A program made the position numbers and the translations under genes. DNA of 64,000 bases, from assembly GCF_009914755.1 (NCBI RefSeq), contig NC_060927.1. One strand, 5' to 3'. Below, one piece after another: positions 15,004-31,851 of the stretch. Every line of letters begins with the position of its first letter. Position 1 is the stretch's first letter. The notes below the pieces were generated by a model. The model was given only the letters and a program-made list of their open reading frames with translations. It was not told where the DNA came from and did not search any database. This stretch comes from the human T2T-CHM13v2.0 reference genome, Homo sapiens.

Positions 15004-15175
15004 GGCCAGATTAAAACACTAGGACAGCACTGCAGAAATTTATGCATTTATTTGAGGTTTTAGGGGGTAAAATGAGAAACAGAAAAGGAAAGATGAACAA
15101 GCAGGAAGCTGTAAACAGAGTGTGGGAGTTAATATTTGTTAAGTGCCTACTCTGTGCCAGGCACATACATCCCTA

Positions 15176-15685
<510 letters not shown>

Positions 15686-16278
15686 TTACAGGCTGGCTGG
15701 GCACTTGCAGACGGGAACCCTGGACACCACCCTTCTGAAGGCTGGGGCATGGTCCAGTGTGCTGACCTGGCAGCCTCCAAGTCCAAACCCACAGGGGTGG
15801 GCACCTCGTAGTCCCAGGGTGAGGCTGCCGTGGCCAGTGGGATGTAAGGCCTCATGAGAGCTGGGAGGGGTCTGGAACAGGGCATCTCCTTGGGAGCAGT
15901 ATCTCCCCCAGGACTTTCTGGAAATTCGTGGGGAGGAGGGTTTGCCTCAGTGACTGGAAGGGTGGTGCTCCTGACACATGAGGGGCCCTGCCAGGGAAAC
16001 AAGGCTCTGGGCAGATCCTGTATGACCAAGCATCACCCCAAACCCCACATGAGCTCCATGTGTCCTGCTGGACATTTATGCTGCGCAAACCTCACTTTCG
16101 TCATGATGATCTGAGACTGGAGCCCACCTCTGTCTTATATATAAACACAGGGTTTTCCACAAGGTTTTAATATACAAAGGGTTTTCCAAGAATCCGATGC
16201 TGTGTGAGTTGAGGGAAGGTCACACTTTGTTTTGTTTGGCATTTTCCAAGAGTTGCTCATCATTTCAGAGGCACATCA

Positions 16279-16599
<321 letters not shown>

Positions 16600-17962
16600 T
16601 CAGTTGAATGTTACCTTGCCCCTCTTAAATTCAAATGTATCCATCACAGACAGGTTAAAGTATCTGAAAATTTCATTGTTTGTGAGTATTTACATATTGA
16701 AATGTATATCATAAAACTCCTTTCCTTTTCTTTCTCTTTTAAATTACCATTAGGGCATCACATTAATTTTTTTTTGAAGTACATCTGAAAATAGGGCATA
16801 TTACGTATTCAGCTCATTTTGGAATAGCACAGGGCCATTGTAGAAAGAGGGCGTCAGTGTGTTAGGGTTGGGGTCCTCTGCTGTGAGGGGCAGAGGTGGC
16901 CGGGGCAGGCGCAGAGCTCTGCTCTCACAGCACCCAGAACTCACCGTGTGCTGGTGTCTAAGCATTTACCAAGCTTCAGATCCTCTAGGATCAATGTCAT
17001 TTTTTTGTCATATCTATATAGAACCTGTATTATTTTCAAATATTACCAGGGGCAGGAGCTCCACAAAGTTTAGAAGGACCATGTCATTTCATTTCATCCT
17101 CATAGGACCGCCAGGCCCAGCTAGCACAGAGTCCCCAGCAGTGTTGACTGATTAATCAATGAGGAAAATGAAATAGAGGCTCAGAGACGGGGAGGGAGTT
17201 GTGCAGGTCACACAGCAAAGCCACAGTCCTGAGGGTGGAACCCAGGTTTGCGGCTCCTCAGATCCACCTCTTTGCATCACAGAACTGAAGGAGGGGTCTG
17301 TTACATGAAGATCTGGAGCCAGGAGCCAGGAGTGGCCAGGACAGCGGAAGGGAGGAAGAGCAACATCTGGCCCTTGTCAGATTGTATAAGCCCCTGGGCT
17401 GGCGGCCAGATGTGGCCATCAGCCTCCAGCAGGAGGAAGACATCAGAGGCTCACCCGGCCTCCGGATGCTGTGCAGATGTGGCCAGCTGGAGGGAACACC
17501 CAACCGCACACAAGGACTCTGGGGTCTGCCAGGAAGTGAGGGTGTGAGGGGAGGGTGGGTGGCTACTGGGGCCTGCCTTTCCCCAGAACTGCCTGGAGCC
17601 CTGACAGAGGTGCTTCAGTAATGCCTGTTGAGTGACAAGTGTCTCTGCAGCTCACAGAAGGCCCCCAGACCATTTCCCCCGTGGCTCCCGAAAGACAGTG
17701 GCCCAGAAGTGCGGCAGGCAGGGGTGAATGTGGGAGTCGCGGGCCAGAAAGCACAGGGCAGGGAGGTTGGGCCTTTGCCATACTTTTCCAGCACCGGTTC
17801 CCAAGCTGTGGTTTGGAGCTGAGAAGTCTCCAACTTCTCCTCACAGTTGCTAGCCTCTCTTGAATGGACAGAGAACAGCCTCGGGTTCAGAGGCAGACAG
17901 AAAATAAGATCTAGCTAGAACTGACTAACTGTGTTTCATTCTTGCTTTATGTATTTTTAGGG

Positions 17963-18538
<576 letters not shown>

Positions 18539-19055
18539 ATGGTTACTATTTATGGCAAGAGATGCTGGGTTTTCATTATTGGTTATAATATTTACCACTA
18601 CATAAAATATGTATTAGTAAATAAAAGGACAAATGACCAAAAATGTCTGCAGCTTAGGAATCTGCATTATCCTATCACGTAGGGTCCACCCCTCTCTGAG
18701 GTGCACAGAGGGCTTAGCCCCATTCCACAGGACAAAGCTGATAGGAACTGGGAATGGTAGGACTCAACCCATGTCTTGTGGCTCCAGATCTAGTGCTCTT
18801 CCTTCTCTGTCCTTTCTGGAACAATCCAAGAGCAGGTGAATAGGTGATAGGAGTAAACTGGATGCTTACCCAGGCTCTGGTCTTGTCCCTGGCCTGGCCT
18901 TTCCTTGCACTTCCACCCCTAAATCCCATTCATTCATTTGACAAACCTTCATTGGGCCACTCAGTCCCTGTGCTAACTGTCCTCAAGGAAATCCCAGTCT
19001 GGTGAGAGAGAAACACCATAACACACCACACGAGGGCTCTAGGAGCCAGGAGAGG

Positions 19056-19741
<686 letters not shown>

Positions 19742-21719
19742 GAGGGAGAGGTGAGTTCTGAGAAAGTGACATTTTTGTTGGGGTGGGAGAACGAAGAACC
19801 AGGAGGATTTTCTGGGCACTACTTGCTGGAGCCAAACCCAGCGGCCACTCTTTGGGTGGTCAAGTGGGTGATGGCACACTTCACTGAGGGAGGGAGGAGC
19901 AGATGGAGGAAGACCAGGACAAGTCCAGGTGGCATGAGAGGCTGTGAGAAGCCTGTGGGACATCCAAATAGAGGTGCCACAGTTAAGTTCGGGCGCTTGT
20001 CAGGAACTGGATCTGAGCCCGAGGTTCAAGAGAGAGGCCAGAGCTGGAGATAAGAAGTAGGAAGTCATGGGCACGCAAAGCCATGGCGTTGGCTGAGACT
20101 CCTCCTAGAGCGAGTGCACACTGAGGAGAGAAGAGGTCCTCAGAGGGCATCCCAGGGCTCACCGGCATTAGGGGTCGGGACGGAGAGGCAAAATGGCGAA
20201 GAGTGCCAGGGAGGCAGGAGGAATCCCAGAGGAGAGCAGTCTCCCGGAAGCCGCGGGAAGAGTGTGTAAGTGAGGGAGGAATCTGATGTCCAATCCTTTC
20301 TCTTTAGGCCAAGTCAAATGCGTGCTGAGAACTGGCCATTGGGCTTGGCAGCCCAGTGCCGTGGGTGATGTGACGGGGACCAAGACATGATTGGGGCAGC
20401 ATGTGTAGTAGGCACAGTGCTTTCAAGTTTTCTGTCAAGTAGGGCAGAGTAAGGGTGGTAGCTGGGAAAGTCATATGGTCAGAGGATGTTTTGTGTATTT
20501 GCTTGTTTGAAGGTGGAGCTATTATAGCATGTGAGTGTGATGAGGGGTGGCTGATCTGCTGAATAATCCAGCAGAGAGAGGGGCAATGGGAGAAGCAGTT
20601 GAATACTGGTCACTAGACAACAGTAGCACACCCCTGAGGAAGCACTTGTTCCATTTCTCTGTAGCCACATTTTACTTCTTGGAAAATTCCAAAGAGTGTC
20701 CTCATCTGTCCTGCTCTCCAGATGGCTCTGTTCTCTTCCCAGCTTCACTGCCTGTGACCTGGAGTCACCCACTGACAACGGCAGCTGGGCCGGGTCATTC
20801 CAGAGCCTGCCTTCCAAGCTTCCCTTGTGCCTGGCATGTGGGCCTGGAGCCTCCCGCCTGAGTGCAGACCCCACCTCTCCCGCGGTGCGGCTCCAGCAGC
20901 TTCCTCCAGCTCTTAGTGCTTTGGTTTCCTCCTCTGTAAATGGAGATAATGACCTTACCTGTTATAGGGTTTTCATGAGGAAGATGTTTGAAATATTGAG
21001 AACAGCTTTCAGAACATTCTGAAGGGTTTAGTTGGTATTGTCGTTGCTGTCCGTGCAGGAAGCTGTGCCTGGAGCAGGCTTTCTAAGACACATGCAAGTG
21101 CTAGGAGGTGGAGTGTGGGGATCCAGTCCACCCCAGGCAGCCTGTGCCAGGAAACATTTAAACAGGCCCCTGGGGGTAAAAGCTGTCCCTCCATCTCATT
21201 TTGCTTGTTGAAACCCTTAAATGATTTAGGGAATAGAAGAAGCAGCAGCATCTCATAGTGGAAAGATTTCAATATTAATGTCTAATTCAACCTCCAACTG
21301 TATTCACAATTCCAGCCGCTGAAGTCCCTTACCTGCTGACATACCTCCTCTGCCAAGAAGCTCACTGCCTTCCACAGCACATCCATCATTCTTCATCAGC
21401 AGTTCCTGCGAGAAAGTTGTTCCTCCCAGTGAGCTAAAATCGCCTCCCTTTGATTACCAACTCCCATCTTTGCTGTCTCACCCCAGTTAAACACCTCCCT
21501 ATGGGGCCATATAACCAGGTACCTGCCTCTACCCTTGAGTCTTGGAGACAGTGACCTTATTCCCTTGTGTCTTTTCTTCTCCAGGCTGTAGTCTGGAGCC
21601 TGTGGAGTAGGGAGATACTGGCACCTCCCCAGTGAGATCTCAACTATTATGACCTAAGCTGTAGTCACGCGGTCTCACATTGAAGCAAGAATCCCCACCC
21701 GGGGGTTTTCACACTGGTT

Positions 21720-21732
21720 GCTGCTAAGCAAC
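21720..21732. promoter_or_regulatory. RFX X-box-like motif
   Basis: GCTGCTAAGCAAC, within the palindrome GTTGCT-N4-AGCAAC (21717-21732). Confidence 0.45.
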
Positions 21733-21929
21733 GTGCCCATTCTCGGCTTGCACTGGGGGACCCTGAATGCAGGATTTTATGAATCAGAGTCATGGGCTCA
21801 AAAAACACGAAATTCCAGGGTTAGCCCTGGCTTTAGGCAAAGCCTGATCCAGCAGCTCAACTGATGTTACTAAGGGTCCTGTTTCTTTTGCCGTCATCTT
21901 TGGGCTCTATCTGCAGCCCCCAAGCATCT

Positions 21930-22470
21930 CCGGACGGCCCCCTCAGAGGCACAACTTCCCGCTTCGTCGGTCATCATGCTCCGCGCCCTCAGGCAGTCAG
22001 CGAAACGCCGGAAACGCCTGCAGACGCCTGCAGACGCTCCTTGTGTTTCATTGGCTACCCGTGCAGCCCTGGGCCACTCACGGTGGCCAGGGTGGGGTTA
22101 TGCTGATGAGCACGGGGAGGCCCCGCGGGCGGCGGCGGTGCTCGCAGCCGAGGTGCCGGCGGGGAGCTGGCCATGGGGAGGCGCTGCAGGGGGCCCCGGC
22201 GCCCGTGCCCCGTTTGGGCTGTGCGCGCTGCCGGCTGGCTCCCCTCTTGGGCTCGCGGGCCCTCCAAGTGCCAAGTCCACCTGACGGAGCCCGGGCCGGG
22301 AGCCCGCGCCCCTCACCTGCCCAGACTCTCCGCGGGGGCTCACCCCAGTCACGCGGATCAGCCGCGGGAGGCTCCCTGCCTGCCCCTCCTGGGTGCTGCA
22401 GGGCTTCCACCTGCGCAGTGAGAGGCTCAGCAAGGGGCCATGGCTCCGAATGGCACCTCCCGAGCAGGGG
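21930..22470. promoter_or_regulatory. Intragenic CpG island in the EFCC1 intron
   Basis: Abrupt high GC and CpG density; not Alu-derived. Confidence 0.8.
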
Positions 22471-22547
22471 TCTTTGTGTTCCAATAATATTTGGTCATAG
22501 GAAGTCCACTCAGCGAGTCCATGTAAAACATGTAAAATGGGGACTCA

Positions 22548-22914
<367 letters not shown>

Positions 22915-22954
22915 CTATTTAATAAGACCAGGTAATATTTTCAGCCATTTCATT

Positions 22955-23257
22955 CTTTTTTTTTTTTTTCTTTTTTGAGATGGAGCCTCACCTTTTCACC
23001 CAGGCTGCAGTACAGTGGTGCGATCTAGGTTACGGCAACCGCCACCTCCTGGGTTCAAGCTATTCTCCCGCCACAGCCTCCTGAGTAGCTGGGATTACAG
23101 GTGCCCGCCACCACACCCAGCTAATTTTTGTATTTTTAGTAGAGATGTGGTGTCACCATGTTGGCCAGGCTGGTCTCTAACTCCTGACCTCAAGTGATCC
23201 ATCTGCCTCGGCCTCCCAAAGTGCTGGGATTACAGGTGTGAACCACCGTGCCCAGTC
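22955..23257 (-). mobile_element. Alu (S-type)
   Basis: Full dimer; TSD agccatttcattctt. Confidence 0.95.
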
Positions 23258-23504
23258 TAGCCATTTCATTCTTAAAAAAAATAATCTCCATGACTGGAGT
23301 ACAGTGCTCTCATTCTTAGACCAAACACAGAATGACTTAGGACTTTTATTCCTTTTGGAGTGATTTTTCCAACAAAACTGTGAGAACACAGTGGTGCACC
23401 CTTACCTTTATGGGTTTTGTTTTTTTGTTTTTGGAAGTTTTCTTTTTGCAGCTTTACCATGAGGAGGGTCCCTTTTGCAAAAATATCTCAGGCCTTTGTT
23501 GGCT

Positions 23505-23813
<309 letters not shown>

Positions 23814-24326
23814 CTCATTGGCTTTTTTAAAGGTTTTCTTCGTGCAGCAGAGCACTCTCCTGATGCTCCTGGCTGGTGCTCATCCTGCTGGTTTTCACTT
23901 CCTCGGTTGTATTCCAGTCCAGCCCTGCCACAGCCCCGCATCAGTGGCTCTGCCTGCGATTCGAGTTCTCCCGTGTCCCCCTGACCAACACCACTCGGCC
24001 TCCCCTTTTCCAAGATGTGGTTTTGCTTCATATTGGGTTCTATCGGGTTGTTACGACGAGATGGATGAGGGACAGATGCTAGTATAAAGTGGCCAGTTTA
24101 ATAAGTGGCCCATTTATTAGTGAATATTTGCATGTTATGATAGATTTTTCTTTCTCCCCTATCTTGTAACTGCAGGGACATGGAAAATGAATATTCAAAA
24201 GGTCAGGCCCTTAAAATATCAAGAAAAGTGATTGGTGGGGTGTAATGTAGGTTCCCCAAAGCCCAGAGAAGGGAGATGTTTCAATTAAAGGCTTTCGGGG
24301 GCAAGGAACAGAAATGCAATTTAAAC

Positions 24327-25082
24327 TAGTTGGGTGTGGTGACTCACATCTGAAATCCCAGTGCTTTTGGAGGCCAAGGCGCTGGAGGATCTCTTAAGAC
24401 CAGGAGTTTGAGAACAGCCTGGGCAACACAGTGAGATTCTGTTGTTTTTTGTTTTTTGGTTTTTTTTTTTGAGATGGAGTCTGGCTCTGTTGCCCAGGCT
24501 GGAGTGCAGTGGTAGATCTCGGCTCACTGCAGCCTCCACCTCCTGGGCTCCCAGGTTCAAGCGATTCTCCTGCCTCAGCCTCCCAAGTAGCTGGGATTAC
24601 AGGTGTGTGCCACCACACCCAGCTAATTTTTATATTTTTAGTGGAGACAGGGTTTCACCATGTTGGCCAGGCTGGTCTCGAACTCCTGACCTCAGGTCAT
24701 CCACCCGCCTCTGCCTCTCATAGTGCTAGGATTACAGGATTCTGTCTCTATTTAAAAAATTAAAAAAAAAAAAAGTAGGCTAGGTGCAGTGGCTCATGGC
24801 TGTAATCCCAACACTTTGTGAGGCCGAGGCAGGCAGATTGCCTGAGCTCAGGAGTTCGAGACCAGCGGAAGCAACATGGCAAAACCCTGTCCCCACAAAA
24901 AAATACAAAAATTAGCTGGGTGTGGTGGCGCATACCTGTAGTCCCAGCTAATTGTGGGGCTGAAGTGGGAGGATCGCTTGAGCCCGGGAGGTTTGGCTGC
25001 AGTGAGCCAAGATCATGCCACAGCACTCCAGCCTGGGTGACATAGAGACCCTATCTCTTAAAAACAAACAAACAAACAAAAA
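24327..25082. mobile_element. Alu cluster: + monomer (24327-24775) interrupted by a - Alu (24443-24737), followed by a + Alu (24778-25082)
   Basis: TSD gattctgt around the nested minus-strand Alu. Confidence 0.9.
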
Positions 25083-25577
25083 GTAGCTGAAACAATGAAA
25101 ACTTTTTTTAAAATTCCCCTATAATAAGAAGTACAGAGATGGGTGGCCCTAGGGCTGATGAACTCAACAGCTAAAAGACATTAAGGCTTTTGTTCAGCTA
25201 TTCAGTAATTCTCTCAGACATTTTTTCATGTCACAAGATGGCTGCTGCAGCTCCAAACATCACATTCTCACATGACAATGTCTAAAGGCAGGAAGGAAGG
25301 GGCATTTCTTTTCCTAGAGGTTTTTTTTTATAAGGATGAAAATCCGTTGCAGAAGATTTTGCCTTGAGTCCCATTGGCTAAAACTGGGTTCCATGCCTGT
25401 GCCCTAGCTGCAAGGGATGCTGGGAATCTGAGTATCTAGCACTTCCTCCTGGACTGTGGGAAGCTGACTCTGCCAGGGTGACAATGGGTGTTCATAGACA
25501 GCTTGCCCATGTACAGTGGGGAATGGAAGAGTCCTGTACTCTCCTCCTCAATGCCTGTGTCTCTCCCACGGCTGCAG

Positions 25578-25735
25578 GTCAGAGGATTCCCAGCTCCCAA
25601 CCCCGCAGCTAGCCAACCCAGAGCCAGGAGACAAGAGTAATGAACCTGAAGATGCTGGGACCAGAGACCCAGACCCCACTCCAGAGGGAGCCTGGCAGTC
25701 AGACAGCAGCTCTGGAAGCAGAGCCCTGGATGAAG
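25578..25735 (+). CDS. EFCC1: EF-hand and coiled-coil domain-containing protein 1, internal exon (SEDSQ...RALDE)
   Basis: cag|G acceptor and G|gtttgt donor; 158 nt; peptide recognised; phase fits the next exon. Confidence 0.9.
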
Positions 25736-26021
25736 GTTTGTCCCCTGTGCGCCCAGTCTTCCTGCCAGGCTCACAGTCCCTCCGGCTGTGCTCAGCCCTG
25801 CTCTCAAGGGCCTGTCTGCATCCATGCTACCACCAGCCTCCAAACAGAGCCCACTCCCACCAGGTGCTCAGGCTGGGCTGGGGCCCTTTTCCCCAGCCCC
25901 ATCATCCTAAGAACCTGGGCCTAGAGAATCTGGGGTGTGTAGAGCCATCAGGAGGTCAGGATACACTGAGATGTTCCCAAACTTGCCAGGTGGCCAGGGT
26001 CACCTTTAAAAGCATGGATGC

Positions 26022-26334
26022 AGGCTGGATGTGGTAGCTCACGCCTGTGATCCCAGCACTTTGAGAGGCTGAGGCGGGTAGACTGCTTGAGCTCAGGGGT
26101 TCGAAACCAGCCTGGCAACATGGCAAAAGCTGGTCTCTACCAAAAATACAAACAAATTAGCCCAGTGTGGTGGCACATGCCTATAGTCCCAGCTACTCGG
26201 AGGGGGAGTGGGGGCTGAGGCAGAAGGATCACTTGAGCCTGGGAGGTAGAGGCTGCAGTGAGCCAAGATTGTGCCAGTGCACTCCAGCCTAGGTGACAGA
26301 GTGGGGCCCTGCCCCCCTAAAGAAAAAAGAAAAA
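26022..26334 (+). mobile_element. Alu (J-type)
   Basis: Dimer; TSD aaa(g)catggatgc. Confidence 0.9.
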
Positions 26335-27221
26335 CATGGATGCCCAGGCCCACCCCGGATCTCTGCATGTGATTCTCTGGGGTGGTGGGGGTGGGGTCAT
26401 AAGCCTGGTTTTGTTTTTAAACAGCTGTATCAGTTAGGACATCGTTTGTCTCCCAGTGTCAGATCATTCAGCCCAAACCGGCTTAAGTTAAAAGAGAATG
26501 TATTGGTTCACATAACTTAAAAAGTCCACACAAGCTTCAGGCACAGCTGAAGTGTCAGCAGCGCAGCTGTCTGGACCCCTGGCCCTGCGTTGCTCTACAG
26601 TGATTCACTTCACAGCAGGCACTCCCCTCATAGTGGCAAGATGGTCACCAGTGGCTCCAGGCCTGGTCCTCTCAACTCCCAAGCCAGAAGCATGGAGGGC
26701 ATTTCTCTTCCCTGCAAGTTTTGAGTCCAAGTCTTGGGTTAACTCCAGTGGCTCCCACTGGGTCCCTTGCCCTTCCTGAACTAGTTGCAGAGGAGGCTGC
26801 ACTCAGCCTGGCCGGGCCTGACTCAAGTGCCCCTGGAGCTGGGTGGAGAGGAAGAGGAGGGAGTGGGACTCCCCTGGGGACGGGGATGGGGACTGAGGTT
26901 GGGCAGCAGAACACCAGGGGGCCACACAGACCCCCAGGCTTCCTGATGCTGACACAGGTGGGAGCCCACCGTCAAGGCCAAGCAATACTGTGGACCGCAG
27001 ACAGTCACATGTGTCACACCCCCTTCCTCCACACTACTCCAAACATTAGACGCCTGTAGTTCCCTGAGCATTGAAAATCTGTCCATCCTGGTGCCTGTAC
27101 CGTGAGGAGCCCACCCCAGCTCCTAAGAGACTGCCTTGGCCTTTCCTGACTGGGGTTGGTATGGCCTAAAATGGAAATAACACTTACCTCTGAGACCACA
27201 AACAGGGCCTGGCTTGTGTCA

Positions 27222-27425
<204 letters not shown>

Positions 27426-27693
27426 GAGAGCATTTCTCCCCATGTCCCTGTGTAAAGTCCCAGGAAGGGGCTCTGACTGGCCAGCTTCACTCCTGGGCTG
27501 GTCACATTACAAGGAGACAGAACCAGCCTTGGTGGCCTCACTGCACAGGAGCCTGGGATGTGGGGGTGGCTGTCTCAAGAGGGGACATGGCACAAGAGCC
27601 CTCCCCTGGGGCTGCGCTGCACATGTCCCCCTGGGGAGGGATGCCTGGTTCCCCACCCTTTGTCCTGCATCCCCACATCCTGTGCTTCCCCAG

Positions 27694-27841
27694 CAGTGGA
27701 CGAGCAGCTGTTCCGCTCCGTGGAGGGCCAGGCCGCCTCTGACGAGGAGGAGGTGGAGGAGGAGAGGTGGCAGGAGGAGAAGAAGACGCCGGCAGCCGAG
27801 GCCAAGACACTGCTGGCCCGGCTCTCCAGCTGCAGAGGCAG
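27694..27841 (+). CDS. EFCC1: EFCC1 internal exon ((A)VDEQLFRS...LSSCRG)
   Basis: Polypyrimidine tract and tandem CAG-CAG acceptor (start 27694 or 27697); AG|gtgtgt donor. Confidence 0.9.
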
Positions 27842-29038
27842 GTGTGTGGCCCGTCCAGCGTCAGCCACTGTGGGCCGCAGGCTCCAGAGGTGTCTGGGGA
27901 AGCCAGGAGCACCTGGGAGGCTGGTTAGCCTGGCTCAGCCACCTCCCAGCCCCTCTGCGACTCTGTCCCCTTGTCCCTCAGGGGGAGGTGGGAAGGCCCA
28001 CCAGCATGTAGAGGATGAAGTGGGATGACCTTCCAGGGCACATCTCGTGGCTGGCTTTAATTCCCATTCGTGCTTTCTCACCAGCACCTGCACTGGAGCT
28101 CTTGTAGCACTCCCAGACACCAGTGTTCCTCTCAGACCCTTTCCCAACCCATCACCCCTCGCCACACACCATTTCCACAGCTCTCCAGCCTGGCCCCGGG
28201 CAGGTGCTGGCTCCCTGTTTCATCCTCACCTCCACCCCCATGGGGACCGAGGACAGGCCCAGGACACCTGGGACACCTCAGACAAGTCACCTGGCTTCTC
28301 CGAACCTCAGTCTTCTTGTCTCTAAGATGGGATGGTGACACTTGTGTGGCAGAGGCTGTGTGAGGATTTGAGGTCAAAGATATACAATGCCTAACAGGTG
28401 CCTGGTGCACAGTAGGTGGGAACGCCGGTGGGGGCAACAGTTATTAATGTATGGTAAAATGCTGTTGATTTTCTGGGGTTGTTTTTACCACCAATTCTTC
28501 ATGTCAACAAGCACTTATAAAGCACCTACTACATGCCAGGCAAAATCTGAGGCACAGGGAAAATCGCAGTAAACCAGACAGTGGCCTCTTCTTCTGGATC
28601 CTCTAGTGAGTGTGACAGGCCTGAGGAAGAGGGGTCACACAGGGACAGGGACAGAGGCGGGGCAGGGAGATGCAGGGAAGGAAATGAGGGAATAAGCAAT
28701 GCAGATGCTGGGGGAAGAGCATTCCAGGAAGAGGGAAGAGCAAGTGCAGAGGCCCTGAGGCATGTTGGCGGGACCGCCAGGAGGCCACTGTGGCTGGAGC
28801 AGTGTGAGTGCAGGTGGGTGGGAGGGAAGGTCAGAGAGCTCATGGGGCAGATCAGGTGAAGCCTTTGCCTTTTCCTCAGAGTGAGATGGGGGCCATGGGA
28901 GGGTACTGGGCAGGCAGGTGCCGTGGCCTGGCTTTGCTTTAGGAGGCCAACTCCACACCACCACCACCTCTCCAAGGCTGGACAGAGCGGGCTCTGGGAA
29001 GCAGCCCCCTGCAATGCGGGCCCTCTCCTTTGCTGCAG

Positions 29039-29204
29039 GTGTGATGACCAGACGGCGGAGAAGCTCATGACTTACTTTGGTCACTTCGGCGGTGCCAACC
29101 ATGCCCATACCCTGGGGGAGCTGGAGGCCTGCATTGCCATGCTGGTGGAGCAGCTGAGGACTCAGGGCTGCGGTGGGAGGACCCTGGGGACCTCTGAGGA
29201 GGAG
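29039..29204 (+). CDS. EFCC1: EFCC1 internal exon (CDDQTAEK...GTSEEE)
   Basis: ctgcag|G acceptor and GAG|gtcagc donor; 166 nt; frame continuous. Confidence 0.92.
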
Positions 29205-31851
29205 GTCAGCAGAGCCTAGAGATCAAAGGCTGGAGCAATTCTAGAGGATCTCACAGCTGGAAGGGTCTGAGGGATTGCAGCCAAGTCTTGTGCCTCATTC
29301 CCAGATGAGTAAACCAAGGCCCAGAGGGAGGTGATTTCCTCTGATTTAAATTTAATAAGAAATATTTTGGTTGCAAATTAAAGGATCCCACCTCAAATTA
29401 GCTTGATTGCAAAACAGATATTGGAACATGGAGCTGAGAAGAAGATGGTCTGGGCTTCAGGCACAGCTGGGTCCAGGGACTCAGACCAGATTGTCTCCAT
29501 CTATCTGCTGTGTTTTTCTGTAGGAGGTGGCCTCACTTTCCCCTAGTTCAAAAGGGCTTACTCCATATGATGGGGGAAGGGAAGACAGGACCATGAACAG
29601 CCCTAGACTTCCATCAGCCCACCTGGGAAGCCCTCACAGGAAAATGAGTCTCATTCCTAGTACATGAAATCTCAGGGAGGAACTCCGATTGGCCACCTCA
29701 GTCATGTGCCCGTCCCTGGGCCAATCCCTGTGGTGGTGGGGCGGGTTCAGTGATTGGCACTGCCACCAAAGTCAGATGAAGTGGAGCAGGGGCAGTTTCC
29801 CAAAAGAAAGGAAGTGTGGTAGGAAGAAGAGGGAAAGGGGGGCCGAGCATCCAGCTGTCTCCATTTCAATACGACCACTTCGCATTTCTCATTCTCTCTA
29901 CTCCATAGGAAAGTCTCTATTCCACAGTAGCCAAGTGTGCAATGCTGTTGAAAGTTGTCATTTCACTAAGCCCTAGCCCACTGTGCTTTTACAAACTGGT
30001 TTTGACATAGTTTTATATTTATACATCTGAAATTCTAAGTCTGTACTGCTTTTTACTTATATATGGCCTGATGAAGTCCTAGTTCCTTAAATAACTTTTT
30101 AAAAATGATACCAGCTGACTTGTACAACCCATGAACCACACGCTCGGTGCTGATGTGCTCTGTCTTATTTTATGTTCAAAGGGCCCAATGAGGTAGGAAA
30201 CAGTTTGAGAGAGGTCAAATGGGCTGGGCTGGGAGCCCATGCCGCATCCACGCCAGTGTGCCCACCTTGAACCAAGGCAGCCACACCACTCCACCCTGAG
30301 GCCAGGGGTTGAGTCACTGGGGGCAGGAGGGAGCAGAGGGGCCTGTTTGGGCTCCAGCCTCTTAGTGCATGAAATCAGAGACCAAGACAGAAGGTAGCAG
30401 GCCCTGGAGCGCTGCAGTAGATTGGACAAAGACCAGGACTATGCAAACATTCTGCTGAAATGTGCAAAAGGAAACAAAGTTGAATGTCATTACAGGGCAA
30501 GCCAGTGTGGCTGCAGCTAAACCTTCCAGTGAGATCGGGTCTGCACCACCTCCAGCTTCTGGAACCCTTGCACCGGGATAGGGCCACCCCTCACTTACTC
30601 CCCAGAGAAGGCTGCTAACACCAAGTAGCATGGCATGGCGGTTATGTGCTGAAGCCAGACTGCCGGGATTCAAATCCTGACTCCATTTCCTGTGTGACCT
30701 TGGAAAAGTTACTCAACTTTTCTGTGCCTCGGTTTCCTCACCTGTGAAATGGGCATAATAATGGTACTATACACATGTATCAAACAGGTGAACACTTGTG
30801 GTGAGTGCTCAGCAAACAGGCGCCACGGCTGTCCCTGTTTCTAGCACTCTTCTGTGTTGTGCAGGTCTCCTAAGTTGAAAGTTGTTTCTACATTTTCTCC
30901 ACCACCGCTCTGGTTTCCTGGAGGCCTTGATCTTGCCTGCCCAGGCACCCCTCAGGAAAGTCATAGCCCTGTGGCTGGGGAGGGTGGAGTGTTGTGGGCC
31001 ATCAGGAAATAAACTGGCAGTCACAAAGTTCTGAAGGGCATAGCCACCCCTTTTCTAAGAATATTTAAAGGAAACAGGGCTTGGAGGATCCTAAAATTAG
31101 CTGGCCTTCCAGTCACATCCCTAAAGAGCAGAGGCACTGGGCCTTCCCTCTTCCTGCCCAAGCCCAGGGTGGACCCTGAGTGCCCTCAGGCACCACACTT
31201 TCCACTGCTTCTCTTTCCCTCCATTGGTGCCAGGGGAAGGGAATGCCTCGTGCCTGGCATGCCTGCTTTAGAAGGCAGGGGCCACAAAACACTTTGTGAC
31301 TGCCTGGCATCCTAGTGTTACTGGGTACAACTGACGGTTTAGGTGGCCCCCTGGCCAAGAGTGGGCCCAAGACTCCGACTGGGCCAACCACGCCCCTCTC
31401 CTGGGGCTCTCCATGCTGGGGGATGGGGATGGCTGGAGAGGGTCTTTCTCGGCTGTGGCTCTTGGATAAGAGGCTTGGGACACTCCCACTGTCTCAACCC
31501 TGTCCCATTCCTGAGGTTCTCCAGCTGCTAGTCCATTCTGGGATCTGCCCACTAGCCTGCCATAAATTTCCTCTCTGTGTAAGCTAGCCAGATTGGCTTC
31601 TGCAGCTTCCCACTAAACTTAATTTGTTTGAAAGAAACAAAACCAGAGAAGAGAAGGGAGAATGGAGTCCTTAGAGTGGGAAACAAAATATACAACTCTT
31701 ACATCAGTCCAACCCGCTGTGTGGCTTTAGGCCACACACTCAGCTTCTCTGGGCCTCAGCACCAGCCTCGGGGAGATGGAGTAGTTGATCCTGCCACCTG
31801 GAAGGCTGGGAGAGGCCAGCAAAGTGAGCACTGAGCCCCTTCTCTCCCCAG

